Assembly (NCBI GenBank): GCA_041891055.1
Contig: CP169074.1
Location: 576,001-640,000, forward strand
Reading direction: 5' to 3'
From: Halorutilales archaeon Cl-col2-1
GTDB lineage: Archaea > Halobacteriota > Halobacteria > Halobacteriales > Afararchaeaceae
DNA: 64,000 nucleotides
Positions 48,044 to 58,328 of the stretch are shown one piece after another (the stretch's first letter is position 1; each line of letters starts with the position of its first letter). Made by a program: the position numbers and the translations under genes. Under the pieces are notes generated by a model. The model saw nothing but the letters and a program-made list of their open reading frames with translations. It was not told the DNA's origin and searched no databases.

Positions 48044-49378
48044 CTATGCGAGGAAGACGTGGCGGGGTCTGTCGGCGAGTATCTCCCTGCCTGCGTCGAC
48101 TGTGTCCTTGAAGTCGTCCGAACGGAAGAATCCCATCGCTGCGTCCTTCGAGTCCCATCTCGAAGTTATGAACATGTCGTTCTCGTCCTCGACGTTTTCG
48201 AGGAGATGTGTCTCCCTGTGTCCGTCCATGTCTTCGAGTAGCTCTCCGGCGTCTGCGAACATGCCCTCGAACTCTTCCTTGTACTCGGGCTCGACCTTGT
48301 AGAACATACCCATCGTCGAGAAGCCGCTGCCCTCTCCGGCTTTGCGAGCTCCCTCTATCTCGCCGAGCTCCTCGTAGACCTCCTCCGCCCCCTGTCTCGA
48401 CTCCCAGAGGGATACGACGGCGTTCTCGGCTTCTGTGGTGTAGACGTCTGTCGATATATGTCCGTCGGCGTCTATGCCCGATCTGATCTCCTCGACCTCA
48501 TCGTGGAGGTCGTCGGCGTCTGCGTCGGAGTAGACGACCATCGCGAAGACGTCCTCTCCATGGGGCTCTCCCGAGTAGATTCCTCTCTCCTCAAGCTCCG
48601 CTCTTATGTCGGTTGTCGGGACTTCGTCACCCGACATGAACGCGTCGAGGTCGGAGGCGGGGAAACGGATTCCGGTATAGAAAGGTCCGAAGTCGGCGTA
48701 TTTCGCACTCGCCTCGTCGAAACGCATCTCATAGACTAGGTGCTTGATAGGAATCATGTCGTCTCCGAAGAGATCGACACCCCACTCCCAGTCGTCAATT
48801 CCGACCGATCCCGAGATCGTCTGTGTGACCTCACCGGCGTACTGTCGTCCTATCATCCCGTGGCTCTTCATCATCTCCTCGCGCTCCTCCTTCGGGAGGC
48901 TGTACCAGTTCTGCCCCTTCTCGCGCTTCTTGTTCATCGGGTAGAACGAGACGAAGTTGGTGTCGGGTATACTCGGGTAGAGACGTGACTCGACGAACTT
49001 CCTCGTCGACTCCTCAAGCTCGTCGGAGGCGATCTCCTCGTTTGTGTAGCCTCCGAGCTCTGTGACCGAGACGTGTGAGTCAGTGCGTGTCGTGAACTCC
49101 GCGAGGGCTGTCGACTCGAACTGTCTCTCTATCGCGTTTAGCTCTTCGAGAGTCTCACGCAGATAGATGAACATCAGGTCAGCCTTGTCGCCGACTACGG
49201 AGTAGACTGCCTGGTCGCCCTCGTCTCCGTCTCCTTCGAGATCTTCTAAGAACTCCTCGCCGTCGGAGACTGCGGACTTCTTCTTTCCTCTCCCCGCTGA
49301 CTCCCAGTCGTCCCAGTCGACGGTTCTCATGTCGTGGAGTATGTACCAGCCTTCTGCTGTGTCGGGTGCTTCTACCAT
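48044..49378 (-). CDS. pitA: PitA: chlorite dismutase/ChdC-like heme domain fused to an ABM domain
   Basis: FYPMNK, MKSHG..GR, DDWEWGV and MRFDEAS motifs; C-terminal ABM domain. Confidence 0.9.
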   Translation of the reverse strand: MVEAPDTAEGWYILHDMRTVDWDDWESAGRGKKKSAVSDGEEFLEDLEGDGDEGDQAVYSVVGDKADLMFIYLRETLEELNAIERQFESTALAEFTTRTDSHVSVTELGGYTNEEIASDELEESTRKFVESRLYPSIPDTNFVSFYPMNKKREKGQNWYSLPKEEREEMMKSHGMIGRQYAGEVTQTISGSVGIDDWEWGVDLFGDDMIPIKHLVYEMRFDEASAKYADFGPFYTGIRFPASDLDAFMSGDEVPTTDIRAELEERGIYSGEPHGEDVFAMVVYSDADADDLHDEVEEIRSGIDADGHISTDVYTTEAENAVVSLWESRQGAEEVYEELGEIEGARKAGEGSGFSTMGMFYKVEPEYKEEFEGMFADAGELLEDMDGHRETHLLENVEDENDMFITSRWDSKDAAMGFFRSDDFKDTVDAGREILADRPRHVFLA

Positions 49379-49475
49379 ACACGAAGATGTCCCGCGACGA
49401 CCTTATATCCCCCGGATACCCGCGTCTCTCCGATAGGTTTTTGTCTCAAGCCGACCAACCTGAGTGCGTGAACGC

Positions 49476-49551
49476 GCCAAGGTGGCAGAGTCCGGCCTAA
49501 TGCAGCGGCCTGCAGAGCCGCCTATCGCCGGTTCAAATCCGGCCCTTGGCT
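49476..49551 (+). tRNA. tRNA-Cys(GCA)
   Basis: Acceptor GCCAAGG/CCTTGGC; anticodon arm GCGGC-CTGCAGA-GCCGC. Confidence 0.96.
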
Positions 49552-49639
49552 TATACTGGAGGACAAAAAACGTGGAACACGAACTCTTTCTATGAGTGAT
49601 CCGTGAATCGAAGGTTCACGATGAGTACTCGGGTCTACA

Positions 49640-50641
49640 CTACAGAATCCCCTCCACAGACTTCCATAGCCTGATCTTGAACGCCGATCCCTCTCCGTCT
49701 AAGCCGTCGTCCTCTATCCATATGCTCCCCCCGTACTCGTCGACGAGGGAGTCGACTACAAAGAGAGAGATTCCCTCTCCGTGGTGAAGCTGGCTCCTCT
49801 CATCACGTCCCAGTATCTTTTCCCTATCTTCCTCCGCGATCCCGGGACCGTTGTCCCTAACCGACAGCACCACGTTGAAACGGTTCTCCTCAATGTCTAC
49901 CTCAACCCTCGGCGTCTCCTTGTCGTTGTGTACGACGCCGTTCTCTATCACGGCTCTCAGAGCCTCTCCGAGATTATCGTCGGCTCTGACCTTAGTATGA
50001 GCCTTATTTCTCAGATATATTTCGGCGTCGTCGAAACGTCGGCGTGCGTCCTCGACTTCAGCCGAGACCACCTCCCTGAGATTTACACCGCGTGGCGTAG
50101 TCCTCTCTTCGAGAACGTCTTCGAGTCTCCGAGCCTTGTCGGCTGTCTGACTCAGGTTCTCTATCTCGTCGACGGGCTTGTCGAGGTATTCAGCTATCTC
50201 GTTCTCCTCTGAGGCGCGAGCCTCCTCCTCGGCTAACTGTATGTACCCCTTTATCACGGTCAGTCTGTTACGCAGGTCGTGGCGCATCACTCGGCTCAGA
50301 ACGGCTGTACTCTCCTTCGCGCGTCTCTCGTCGCCCACTATTCCGAGGACGAAGTAGGCGGAGAGGCTCGCGGCTACGTTGGCTACTGTCTCGGTCGTCT
50401 CCAGTACTGCGTCGGTCTCAGTACCGTCGAGACCCATCGGAGTCGAAATGAAGAAATACGTCTCGCTCGTCTGATGAGCTGCCATTATCGAGAGAAGAGC
50501 GACCAGAAATACGGGCTTCCAGGATCTGAGTCTGTACGTCTTGAGGACTGAGTAGCCTAAGGAGACCGACAGAAAAGCGAGTGGAACTACCGCATATACG
50601 TACACATCGAAAAGCCGAGATCCTATCATACGATTAACCAC
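49640..50641 (-). CDS. Membrane sensor histidine kinase
   Basis: N-terminal TM segments; MRHDLRN, ENGVVH and DNGPG motifs. Confidence 0.9.
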   Translation of the reverse strand: MVNRMIGSRLFDVYVYAVVPLAFLSVSLGYSVLKTYRLRSWKPVFLVALLSIMAAHQTSETYFFISTPMGLDGTETDAVLETTETVANVAASLSAYFVLGIVGDERRAKESTAVLSRVMRHDLRNRLTVIKGYIQLAEEEARASEENEIAEYLDKPVDEIENLSQTADKARRLEDVLEERTTPRGVNLREVVSAEVEDARRRFDDAEIYLRNKAHTKVRADDNLGEALRAVIENGVVHNDKETPRVEVDIEENRFNVVLSVRDNGPGIAEEDREKILGRDERSQLHHGEGISLFVVDSLVDEYGGSIWIEDDGLDGEGSAFKIRLWKSVEGIL

Positions 50642-50675
50642 AGTGTTGTGAGTTAAATCCTAAATTTGTTTGGGA

Positions 50676-51376
50676 GGCGGTGTTCAGATAAGGAATGAAT
50701 GAAGGATGAGGCGGGGCGTTTTGAGAGTGTCCATGTCCAAAAACGCCTGCCTCAGTAGAGGTATAGACGCAATCGAATTAGGTTTTATGGAACGAGAAGC
50801 GACACCCCAATTTGCGATGAAGGTAGGTATTCAGATGCATTTGGCTGGATTATCGCTATCGAATACCGCCTCTGTACTGGAGTCCTTGGGTGTCGAGCGA
50901 GTGCGTTCAACAATTCACAACTGGGTGCATAAAGCCGATCTACAGCCAGACAGCGGCGGCAGTCCGAATCAGGTAGCAGTTGACGAAACCATGATTCGGT
51001 TCAACGGGAGGTGGTACTGGCTGTACATGGCTGTAGATCCTGACACTAACGACATCCTCCACACAAAGCTTCAACCAACGAGAAACCACTATACGGCAAA
51101 AGATTTCATGAGTGAACTAATCGAGAAACACGACTTGGACGAGAGTCTGTTTCTCGTTGACGGTAACCTGTCGCTTCATGATGCTTGTCGGTACCACTCA
51201 CTCCGATTTCGGGTCACTAAACATGGAAATCGGAACTCCGTAGAACGCGTCTTTAGAGAATTAAAACGCCGTACGCAAGCCTTCTCAAACAGCTTCAGCA
51301 ACGCTCACCTTCAGACAGCCGACGACTAGCTAAAGTCGTTCGCCTTCGCTTGGAATCATCTTATCTGAACACTACC
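50676..51376 (+). mobile_element. IS6-family insertion sequence
   Basis: Terminal inverted repeats GGCGGTGTTCAGATAAG and GGTAGTGTTCAGATAAG (15/17 match); no target duplication evident. Confidence 0.9.
50733..51368 (+). pseudogene. IS6 DDE transposase with premature TAG
   Basis: VDET, VDG and NSVERVF motifs; frame continues ADD*LKSFAFAWNHLI into the right TIR. Confidence 0.8.
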
Positions 51377-51379
51377 GGC

Positions 51380-51841
51380 TTATCCCCAGAAGTTGTCGCG
51401 GCTTCCAAGCGCAGGGTCGTCTGTCTCGGATTCTGTCTCGGTCTCTGTCTCGGAGGCGTCCTCGTCGTCCGACTCGACAATCTTCTCGTCGGCGTCGTCA
51501 GGGAGTCTCTCTATGAGCTTCGATCTAGCGTAGGAGTTTTTGACCTCGGAGACACGTGCACGTACCTTGACACCCGGGACTACTCCATCTACGAGTATTA
51601 TGAAGCCGTCGTCTGTTCTTCCGAGCCCTTCACCGCTCTGATGTATGTCGGTTATCTCGACTACGACCTCATCTCCGACACTCACGGGCTGTTTACGTGG
51701 AAGCTCTACGCCACATTTCCAGCAGTGAGGCTCGAAGTCGTCAGAGTCAGGAGGAGCGTTCCTCGCGGTACATCTGCTTCTGGGACACGCGAGGTACTCT
51801 TCGTGTCTGTCTGGGTCGTAACGGTTAGAGGCTCGGGGCAT
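51380..51841 (-). CDS. Zinc-ribbon plus TRAM domain protein
   Basis: CPRSRC and CWKC pairs; TRAM pattern GEGLGRTDDGFIILVDG; acidic tail ending GSRDNFWG. Confidence 0.85.
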   Translation of the reverse strand: MPRASNRYDPDRHEEYLACPRSRCTARNAPPDSDDFEPHCWKCGVELPRKQPVSVGDEVVVEITDIHQSGEGLGRTDDGFIILVDGVVPGVKVRARVSEVKNSYARSKLIERLPDDADEKIVESDDEDASETETETESETDDPALGSRDNFWG

Positions 51842-51894
51842 TGCTCCTAAGTAGTACGTCTACTCGGAAAGGTCTTTCCTGTCTGAGTCGGGTC

Positions 51895-51960
51895 TCAGTA
51901 GACGAGCTCCTCCTCGTTCTGTGCGATATACAGGACACGTGAGGCGATGTTGACCGAGTG
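51895..51960 (-). pseudogene. phoU: C-terminal remnant of phoU
   Basis: HSVNIASRVLYIAQNEEELVY* directly after pstB with no start codon. Confidence 0.75.
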
Positions 51961-51995
51961 GAGTCGTAGTCTCTCGTTTCCGACTTCTTTCTGTC

Positions 51996-52874
51996 TTATC
52001 CGAACTTGCCAGTGATGTAATCCTCTACGCGCTGACTCTCGGGGTTCTCGAATATCTTGTTCGTCTCGTCGTACTCGACGAGTTCACCGCCGGTGAGGAA
52101 GACGGCTGTACGGTCGGAGATACGTGCCGCCTGCTGCATGTTATGTGTCACAATTACGACTGTGTAGTCCTCGGATAGCTCCTCTACGAGGTCTTCTATC
52201 TTCGAGGTGGCGATCGGGTCGAGAGCACTTGCGGGCTCGTCCATCAGGAGAACGTTAGGGTCGACCGCTATCGCTCGTGCGATACAGAGACGCTGCTGCT
52301 GTCCTCCCGAGAGGTCGAGAGCACTCTTGTCGAGCTGATCCTTGACTTCGTCCCAGAGTGCGGCGCGTTTGAGAGCGCGTTCTACACGTTCGTCCATGTT
52401 GTCGGTTATCCCCTGTATACGCAGACCGTAGGCGATATTGTCGTAGATGCTCTTCGGGAACGGATTAGGGTGCTGGAAGACCATACCTATACGACGTCGG
52501 AGCGCGACGGGGTCTATGTCGTTGCCGTAGATGTCAGTTCCGTTGAGGAGTAGCTCACCCTCAATCCTCGCCGACTCTACGAGGTCATTCATCCGGTTGA
52601 TACATCTGAGGAAGGTCGACTTACCACAGCCTGACGGACCAATTATCGCAGTGACTTGGTTCCCGGGAATACGCAGACTCGCATCCTGTATGGCTTCTTC
52701 CTCGCCATAGTAGACAGTTAGGTTGCGCGACTCTATGACGGCGTCGTCTGGATCGACGCTCCCGGGAGATCCCTCTCCTTCCGACTCGACGCCGGTGTCT
52801 ATCAACGGTGTGTCAGTCTGTTCGTCTTCGGTCTCAGTCATCTTCGACTCCTTCTGTGTTTCGTCTTGACTCAT
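51996..52874 (-). CDS. pstB: Phosphate ABC transporter ATPase
   Basis: [16 protein letters not shown] and YITGKFG motifs. Confidence 0.97.
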   Translation of the reverse strand: MSQDETQKESKMTETEDEQTDTPLIDTGVESEGEGSPGSVDPDDAVIESRNLTVYYGEEEAIQDASLRIPGNQVTAIIGPSGCGKSTFLRCINRMNDLVESARIEGELLLNGTDIYGNDIDPVALRRRIGMVFQHPNPFPKSIYDNIAYGLRIQGITDNMDERVERALKRAALWDEVKDQLDKSALDLSGGQQQRLCIARAIAVDPNVLLMDEPASALDPIATSKIEDLVEELSEDYTVVIVTHNMQQAARISDRTAVFLTGGELVEYDETNKIFENPESQRVEDYITGKFG

Positions 52875-52880
52875 TTCGTA

Positions 52881-54500
52881 TCACTCACGTTCGTACCTGT
52901 TTCGTATGACCACAGCCGTCGCGTTCATCACGAGCATCAGAACCAGCAAGACAACAGCTGTCGCCGGGACGATTCCGTGTCTGAAAGCGGCGTCGACGTT
53001 GCTCCTCGCGGCGAATATCTGGAGAGGCAGTGCAGTAGCCGACGAGAAGAGGCCTTCAGGCGGGGAATAGGTCGTCGTAGCTACGGATATTATCACGAGC
53101 GGGGCTGTCTCACCGATGGCGCGTGCGAGAGCGAGTATAGTCCCTGTGAGTATCCCCGGAATAGCCTCAGGAAGGACGACGTTCCGGAGTGTCTGCCATC
53201 TGCTCGCACCTATTCCGTAAGATGCCTGGCGAACAGAGTCGGGGACAGAACGGATAGCCTCCTGTGACGAGACGACAACTATTGGGAGTATGAGAAGTGC
53301 GAGCGTGCCCGATGCCGAGACTACGACTCCTGTTCCGAAGCTGAGCGTGTTTCTGAAGAGCGCGAGACCCAGGAGTCCGTAGACTACGGACGGGACTCCC
53401 GCGAGGTTCGAGATATTGACCTCAAGTACGGTCGCCAGACGCCCTCTCCATCCCGAGTTAGGAGCGTACTCCTCAAGGTAGACAGCCGCTCCAACTCCGA
53501 TTGGAAACGCGAGCACGGACATGAATCCGACTATGACTATCGAGCCGACTATCTGGGGATAGACTCCGGCTTCGCTCGCTGAGAGCCCGTTCCACGAGCT
53601 GAGAAGAAGGGTAGGCGTGAGGTAGCCTTCGAGTCCCTGTATGCCGAGGAGACGTTCGAGATACGCACCTACCAGTACGCCGCCTACGACTATGAAGGGT
53701 CCAAGGACTCCGGTTTTACCCTCGTCTCTGACAGCCGTCAAGACGAAGTAAGCTACGGGAGCCACGAAAGACGAGAAGATGACGACCCAGAACGACGGAT
53801 TAGTTCCCGTGACGAGGAGACCACCTGCGACGGTCAACGCACCAATGGCTACCGAGGCGGATGTTCTCAGACCGTGGCGTCGTGACTTACGGCGCGACCC
53901 TATTCCGCCTAAGAGTAACGCGGCAGGAACCGTCACTATCCCGAAGTAGGCTATCCATTCAGCCGCTATTCCCACGACTGGACGGACGAAGTCGTAGAGC
54001 CCAGCTGCGACACCGACTCCGACAATCACCGAGACGGGAACAGCGGGACCTGTGTACCTCCTGTCTCCTCTCGTGCGTCCGTAGAGTATAACCAGAGCCG
54101 GCGGAACACCTCCGAATACCAGGTAGACGAGGATGTCGTACGGACTGACTGCGTCGGCGACTACGTATGTCACGAGAGCCACCGTTAGGCTACCGAAGAA
54201 GACGCCGAACGACATCGCGTTAGTCGACCGGACTTTGGGATGTCTCCGGGCGTAGACGGTGAAGGCAGCGGTCGGAGCCACGAGAACACCGAAGTAGAGA
54301 AGATACCACCGGGCGGAAGCCGTCAGAGGTCTGAAGGCGTCGAATCCTATGTATCCGAAGAGTACTACGAGAGAGAGTATGCCTATCAGGGTCGCAAACA
54401 GGAGAACCGCCTCGAAGACGCCGTCTCTGATACGTCTGAGACGTGACTCCTTGGCGTTTCTTATACCCTCGACGCCCGTGTCGGTGTCTTGAGCTGCCAT
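52881..54500 (-). CDS. pstA: Phosphate ABC permease PstA
   Basis: NLAGVPSVVYG and ARAIGETAPL motifs. Confidence 0.95.
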   Translation of the reverse strand: MAAQDTDTGVEGIRNAKESRLRRIRDGVFEAVLLFATLIGILSLVVLFGYIGFDAFRPLTASARWYLLYFGVLVAPTAAFTVYARRHPKVRSTNAMSFGVFFGSLTVALVTYVVADAVSPYDILVYLVFGGVPPALVILYGRTRGDRRYTGPAVPVSVIVGVGVAAGLYDFVRPVVGIAAEWIAYFGIVTVPAALLLGGIGSRRKSRRHGLRTSASVAIGALTVAGGLLVTGTNPSFWVVIFSSFVAPVAYFVLTAVRDEGKTGVLGPFIVVGGVLVGAYLERLLGIQGLEGYLTPTLLLSSWNGLSASEAGVYPQIVGSIVIVGFMSVLAFPIGVGAAVYLEEYAPNSGWRGRLATVLEVNISNLAGVPSVVYGLLGLALFRNTLSFGTGVVVSASGTLALLILPIVVVSSQEAIRSVPDSVRQASYGIGASRWQTLRNVVLPEAIPGILTGTILALARAIGETAPLVIISVATTTYSPPEGLFSSATALPLQIFAARSNVDAAFRHGIVPATAVVLLVLMLVMNATAVVIRNRYERE

Positions 54501-55501
54501 TATTCGTACTCCTCCCTGAACCGTCTTCGGACGAGTTCAGCTAAGACGTTCATTCCAAGTGTGATCACGAAGAGTGTCATTCCGAGCGCGAACATCGCCT
54601 CGTAGGTAACCCCGCCGAGTGAGTCAGCACCCGCTATCTGTACCATAGCCGCAGTGATAGTCTGGCTCGACTCGGCGAGATTCCGGAGGACGTCTGGGAA
54701 GTAGGGCATCTGTGGACTCATCCCCATCGCCATAGTCACCGCCATCGTCTCACCTATTGCGCGCGAGATTGCGAGGACGTAAGAAGCGACTATACCCGAC
54801 GTCGCCGCGGGGACGACTACCTTCGTTGAGACGTCGAACTTAGTCGATCCCAGACCGTATGCGGCTTCACGGAGACTGTCGGGAACCGCGCTCAGGGCGT
54901 CCTCGCTGATCGATGATACCATGGGTATTATCATTATTCCCACGACGATACTCGCCGACAGAACATTGAAGGTACCGAGAGATGGGAAGACGAGTGTGAA
55001 CTCGGGGAGTAGGGGGACTCCGGGCGGTATAAGACGCACCGAGACGGGGAGAAATCCGTCGATCAAGGGGGTGACGTAGACGAGAGCCATGTATCCGTAG
55101 ATAACTGTCGGGACTCCCGCGAGTATCTCAAGAGCTGGCTTCAGGATCGATCTCACTCGGTCGCTCGCGTACTCGCTTAGATAGATAGCAGCGGCGAGTC
55201 CGATAGGGAGTGCTATGAGCGCCGACATGACTGTCACGAGGAGGGTTCCGCTAACGAGAGGCAGAACCCCGTACTCGTTGTTGATTATGGGACTCCAGGA
55301 AGTTCCCGTGAAGAAGTCGAGGGGAGATACATGTGTCCAAAACGTGATAGCCCTCCCCGACAGCGACAGTACGATGCCGACAGTCACGAGTATAGTCAGA
55401 ACCGCACTCGCTGCTATGAGACGTCCATAGAGACGTTCCTTCTTTACTACCATCGAGTTTCTCTGGAGCGAATCAGATACTGAGTCCGGTTCGTTACTCA
55501 T
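54500..55501 (-). CDS. pstC: Phosphate ABC permease PstC
   Basis: LEILAGVPTVIYG and SRAIGETMAV motifs. Confidence 0.95.
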   Translation of the reverse strand: MSNEPDSVSDSLQRNSMVVKKERLYGRLIAASAVLTILVTVGIVLSLSGRAITFWTHVSPLDFFTGTSWSPIINNEYGVLPLVSGTLLVTVMSALIALPIGLAAAIYLSEYASDRVRSILKPALEILAGVPTVIYGYMALVYVTPLIDGFLPVSVRLIPPGVPLLPEFTLVFPSLGTFNVLSASIVVGIMIIPMVSSISEDALSAVPDSLREAAYGLGSTKFDVSTKVVVPAATSGIVASYVLAISRAIGETMAVTMAMGMSPQMPYFPDVLRNLAESSQTITAAMVQIAGADSLGGVTYEAMFALGMTLFVITLGMNVLAELVRRRFREEYE

Positions 55502-55566
55502 GTGAGTTCTTTACTGTCCTACTAAGAACAGACGTGTTAAATAATATGTGAATCTACCTTACGAGC

Positions 55567-56601
55567 CTAAGCCGAGTACTCGTACTCTCCGGCTACCGCG
55601 TCTTCGAGGTTTGAGAGATTTTCCTCGATCATCTCTTCGCTACTCGGAACGTATCCTATATCCTCGGAGATGAAGTCCTTGCCAGCCTGGTTGGCGTAGA
55701 ACCGTATGAACTCCTGGAGATGGTTCTTCTCCTGTATCTTGTTCATGTTAGCATAGAAGAAGAGAGGACGTGCGAGAGGGTAGTTGCCGCTCTGTGCGCC
55801 CTCCAGGCTCGGCTCAACGGGGTCGCCGCCGTCCTGACTCAGGCTGAGAGCCTTAGTACTGTCAGGGTTATTTGTGTAGTAAGCGAAAGGCAGGTATCCC
55901 ATCGCGTACTCGTCACCCTCGACTCCCTGGGCTATGAGGTCGTCCTCCTCGGTGCCCTCGAAGTCGCTACGTATCTTGCCCTCTTCTCCGATTACGTTCT
56001 CAGTGAAGTAGTCGAAGGTTCCCGAGGTCGTCGCGGGTCCGTAGAGAGCGATCGGCTCGTCGGGCCAGTCGGAGTTGACGTCCGCCCACGTTTCAGGCTT
56101 GGTGTCTGGAGACCAGATCTCACGTAACGTCTCAATGGATATAGAGTCAATCCAGTCGTTTTCGTTGTTGACGATGACTGTAAGTGCGTCCTGAGCGATG
56201 AAGAACTCGACGGGCTCAAAGCCGTTATCACGACACTGCTGAACCTCTTCCTGTGCGATGGGACGGCTCGCGTTGTTGATGTCGGAGTCGCCGGGTATGA
56301 AGACGTTCCTGAATCCACCAGAGCTCCCGTCACGTGTCAGGTTGAAGCTGACCTCAGGATGGGCAGGTGCAGGCTCGGGTTGATTGAATCTACGGCTCAC
56401 CGCCTGTGCTACCGGATAGACAGTACTACTACCCGAGATACGTATGTCTCCCGAGAGCGTTTCAGAGCCGCCGTCATCTCCTCCTTCGCCGTCATCGCCA
56501 CCTCCGCCTCCATTACTCGTACAGCCCGCGAGTCCAGCGACACCCGCCGCACCTGCCGCCTTGATCAAGTCACGTCTCGAAACTCCGTCTTGGTCTGGCA
56601 T
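55567..56601 (-). CDS. pstS: Phosphate-binding Tat lipoprotein
   Basis: SRRDLI..LAGC signal; GSSTVYP and SGTFDYF motifs; start re-placed to ATG 56601. Confidence 0.95.
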   Translation of the reverse strand: MPDQDGVSRRDLIKAAGAAGVAGLAGCTSNGGGGGDDGEGGDDGGSETLSGDIRISGSSTVYPVAQAVSRRFNQPEPAPAHPEVSFNLTRDGSSGGFRNVFIPGDSDINNASRPIAQEEVQQCRDNGFEPVEFFIAQDALTVIVNNENDWIDSISIETLREIWSPDTKPETWADVNSDWPDEPIALYGPATTSGTFDYFTENVIGEEGKIRSDFEGTEEDDLIAQGVEGDEYAMGYLPFAYYTNNPDSTKALSLSQDGGDPVEPSLEGAQSGNYPLARPLFFYANMNKIQEKNHLQEFIRFYANQAGKDFISEDIGYVPSSEEMIEENLSNLEDAVAGEYEYSA

Positions 56602-56639
56602 CGGTTTTGAGAAGTGCTGAAGCCAAAATAAACCTAACG

Positions 56640-56706
56640 GTATAAATATATATTCAGCTACATATATAGAGTTTTGTGCCATTTAGGTATATACTGCTAT
56701 ATAGAC
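56640..56706 (-). promoter_or_regulatory. AT-rich pst promoter with repeated ATATA boxes
   Basis: Several TATATA/ATATA units in a GC-rich genome. Confidence 0.55.
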
Positions 56707-56838
56707 GCATTTAGTTAACTGTTGAACTGTGAGTTCTTCCATAGGAATCTCGAGACAACCCCCAAAGACTCATAAGTATTAATTGTGATCATTCTAGGGT
56801 ATCGCCCGACAGATGCCACAGACATCCAGAGAAGGAAA

Positions 56839-56916
56839 ATGACAGTAAAAGATATCGCCAGAGAAGACGTCGTGACCGCAGATGGGAAAGAGAGCATAGC
56901 AAACGTATGTGAGATA
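56839..56916 (+). pseudogene. CBS-domain gene, 5' part (interrupted)
   Basis: MTVKDIAREDVVTADGKESIANVCEI joins in frame to the part at 58533. Confidence 0.88.
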
Positions 56917-57140
56917 GTGACATCCTCCGCGCCGTGAACGGCGCGGCTTCCCCTACGAGGGGAATCCGGGCTGGCAGGTTTCAGTCCGAGTACGCCGCGA
57001 GCGTCATCTGCGAGGGTTTCTCGCTCGGCTCACGGTGGACTGTGGCGTTCGCAAGACGTTAGGAGTCTTGCGTGCATACTGGAACACGACGTGTTCCAGA
57101 GGCGGTGTCACAACCGCTCCCGTCCCCGCGGCGAGTCATT
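56917..57140 (-). ncRNA. Predicted TnpB omega/reRNA scaffold (5' limit uncertain)
   Basis: Stem-loops at 57079-57099, 57051-57071, 56948-56964 and 56927-56946 between the tnpB 3' end and the right end. Confidence 0.7.
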
Positions 57141-58274
57141 GCGTCCGGGTTCCCAACGGACGCTCTCTCCCCACGGGTCTACGCGACTGGCGATATTTGC
57201 CGCCGCGTTAATATCTGCTTGGAACTCCGATACGTGGCAGTCGTCGTGCGGACACACAAACTCCGCTTGCTGACTCCGCCGACCGAGACGACCGCAAGCG
57301 TGGCACGTCTGCGAAGTGTACGCGGCGTTCACGTATTCAACGCGAATACCTGCCTCGGTCGCTTTATCCCCAATACGCCCCTGTAGCCGGGCGAATGCCC
57401 AGTTGTGGAGGCGGCGGTTCATCCACTTGCCGTAGTCGAGCTGCTCGCGGATATACGACAAGTCTTCGAGTACGATTACCGGATCATCAAACTGCTTGGT
57501 GTACTCGACAGCCTGCCGAGACGCTTTCTCCACGATATCCGTAAGCGCGTTCTGGTAGTAGTTGAATCGCTCGTCGATCCGCCACTCGGCGGCGTCACGC
57601 TCCTGTAGTCGTTTCAAAGTCGTGTGCATTTCTTTGCGGAGGTGTCGTGCCCGACTGCCACTGACGATCATCGGCTTCCGTGGTACGTCGCGTTTCAGGG
57701 CACAGCCCGTAATCAACGCGCTCTCACCTACGTCGAAGCCGATGTACGTTGGGTTGTCCGGTTCGGTCGGTTCTTCGACCGGGTATTCGACGGTGACGTG
57801 TAACTCCCACGATGTGCGGTGTCGTTGTAGCCGCAACTCGCCTGCCTTCGCGTCTTCGGAGAGTAGGTCGAACCACAGAGATTCCTGTTCTGGATTGATC
57901 CGAAGCGGAATCCAGAAGTTCGTTCCGCGACCGGGCTGTGGAACCTGCCACACGAAGCCGTAGTCACGCTCGTCGGAATAGTCGAAGGTCGCCGCCCGAT
58001 TGACGAACCGTAGCGGATGCTCGTTGTCTAACTCCTCGGCGTTGTACGTCGAATGGAGTTTCGGGACGTAGGATTTGAGCGCGTCTTTGGCTTGGTACGG
58101 CAGGTCGTAGGGCGTCACAACGTCGTTGACGGCAGACATTGTGGTCGCTTCGGCATCGAAAGCGTCGTGGAGAGCGTCGCGGTAGGTGTCCAAGAGCCGC
58201 TGTAGGCGTTGCTCTTTGCCCGTGGTGGGCGTTGCGAGCGTGGCTTGTAGCGTCTTCGTCACCGTTTCGGACAC
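57108..58274 (-). CDS. tnpB: RNA-guided nuclease TnpB
   Basis: RuvC motifs GFDVGE, VLEDL and ADINAA; zinc finger CHAC..CPHDDC. Confidence 0.95.
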   Translation of the reverse strand: MSETVTKTLQATLATPTTGKEQRLQRLLDTYRDALHDAFDAEATTMSAVNDVVTPYDLPYQAKDALKSYVPKLHSTYNAEELDNEHPLRFVNRAATFDYSDERDYGFVWQVPQPGRGTNFWIPLRINPEQESLWFDLLSEDAKAGELRLQRHRTSWELHVTVEYPVEEPTEPDNPTYIGFDVGESALITGCALKRDVPRKPMIVSGSRARHLRKEMHTTLKRLQERDAAEWRIDERFNYYQNALTDIVEKASRQAVEYTKQFDDPVIVLEDLSYIREQLDYGKWMNRRLHNWAFARLQGRIGDKATEAGIRVEYVNAAYTSQTCHACGRLGRRSQQAEFVCPHDDCHVSEFQADINAAANIASRVDPWGESVRWEPGRNDSPRGRERL

Positions 58275-58328
58275 GAACTTAGTTATGTGTTAAACAAAAT
58301 TAAGTGTATTGGTGAAATAGACTGTTGT

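Noticed and set aside
51327-51329. Pyrrolysine or readthrough at the IS6 amber codon
   Set aside because: No pyl genes in the window; a TGG-to-TAG mutation is simpler
57108-58274. Cas12f or nuclease-dead TldR interpretation of tnpB
   Set aside because: No CRISPR array, IS ends are present and the RuvC triad is intact
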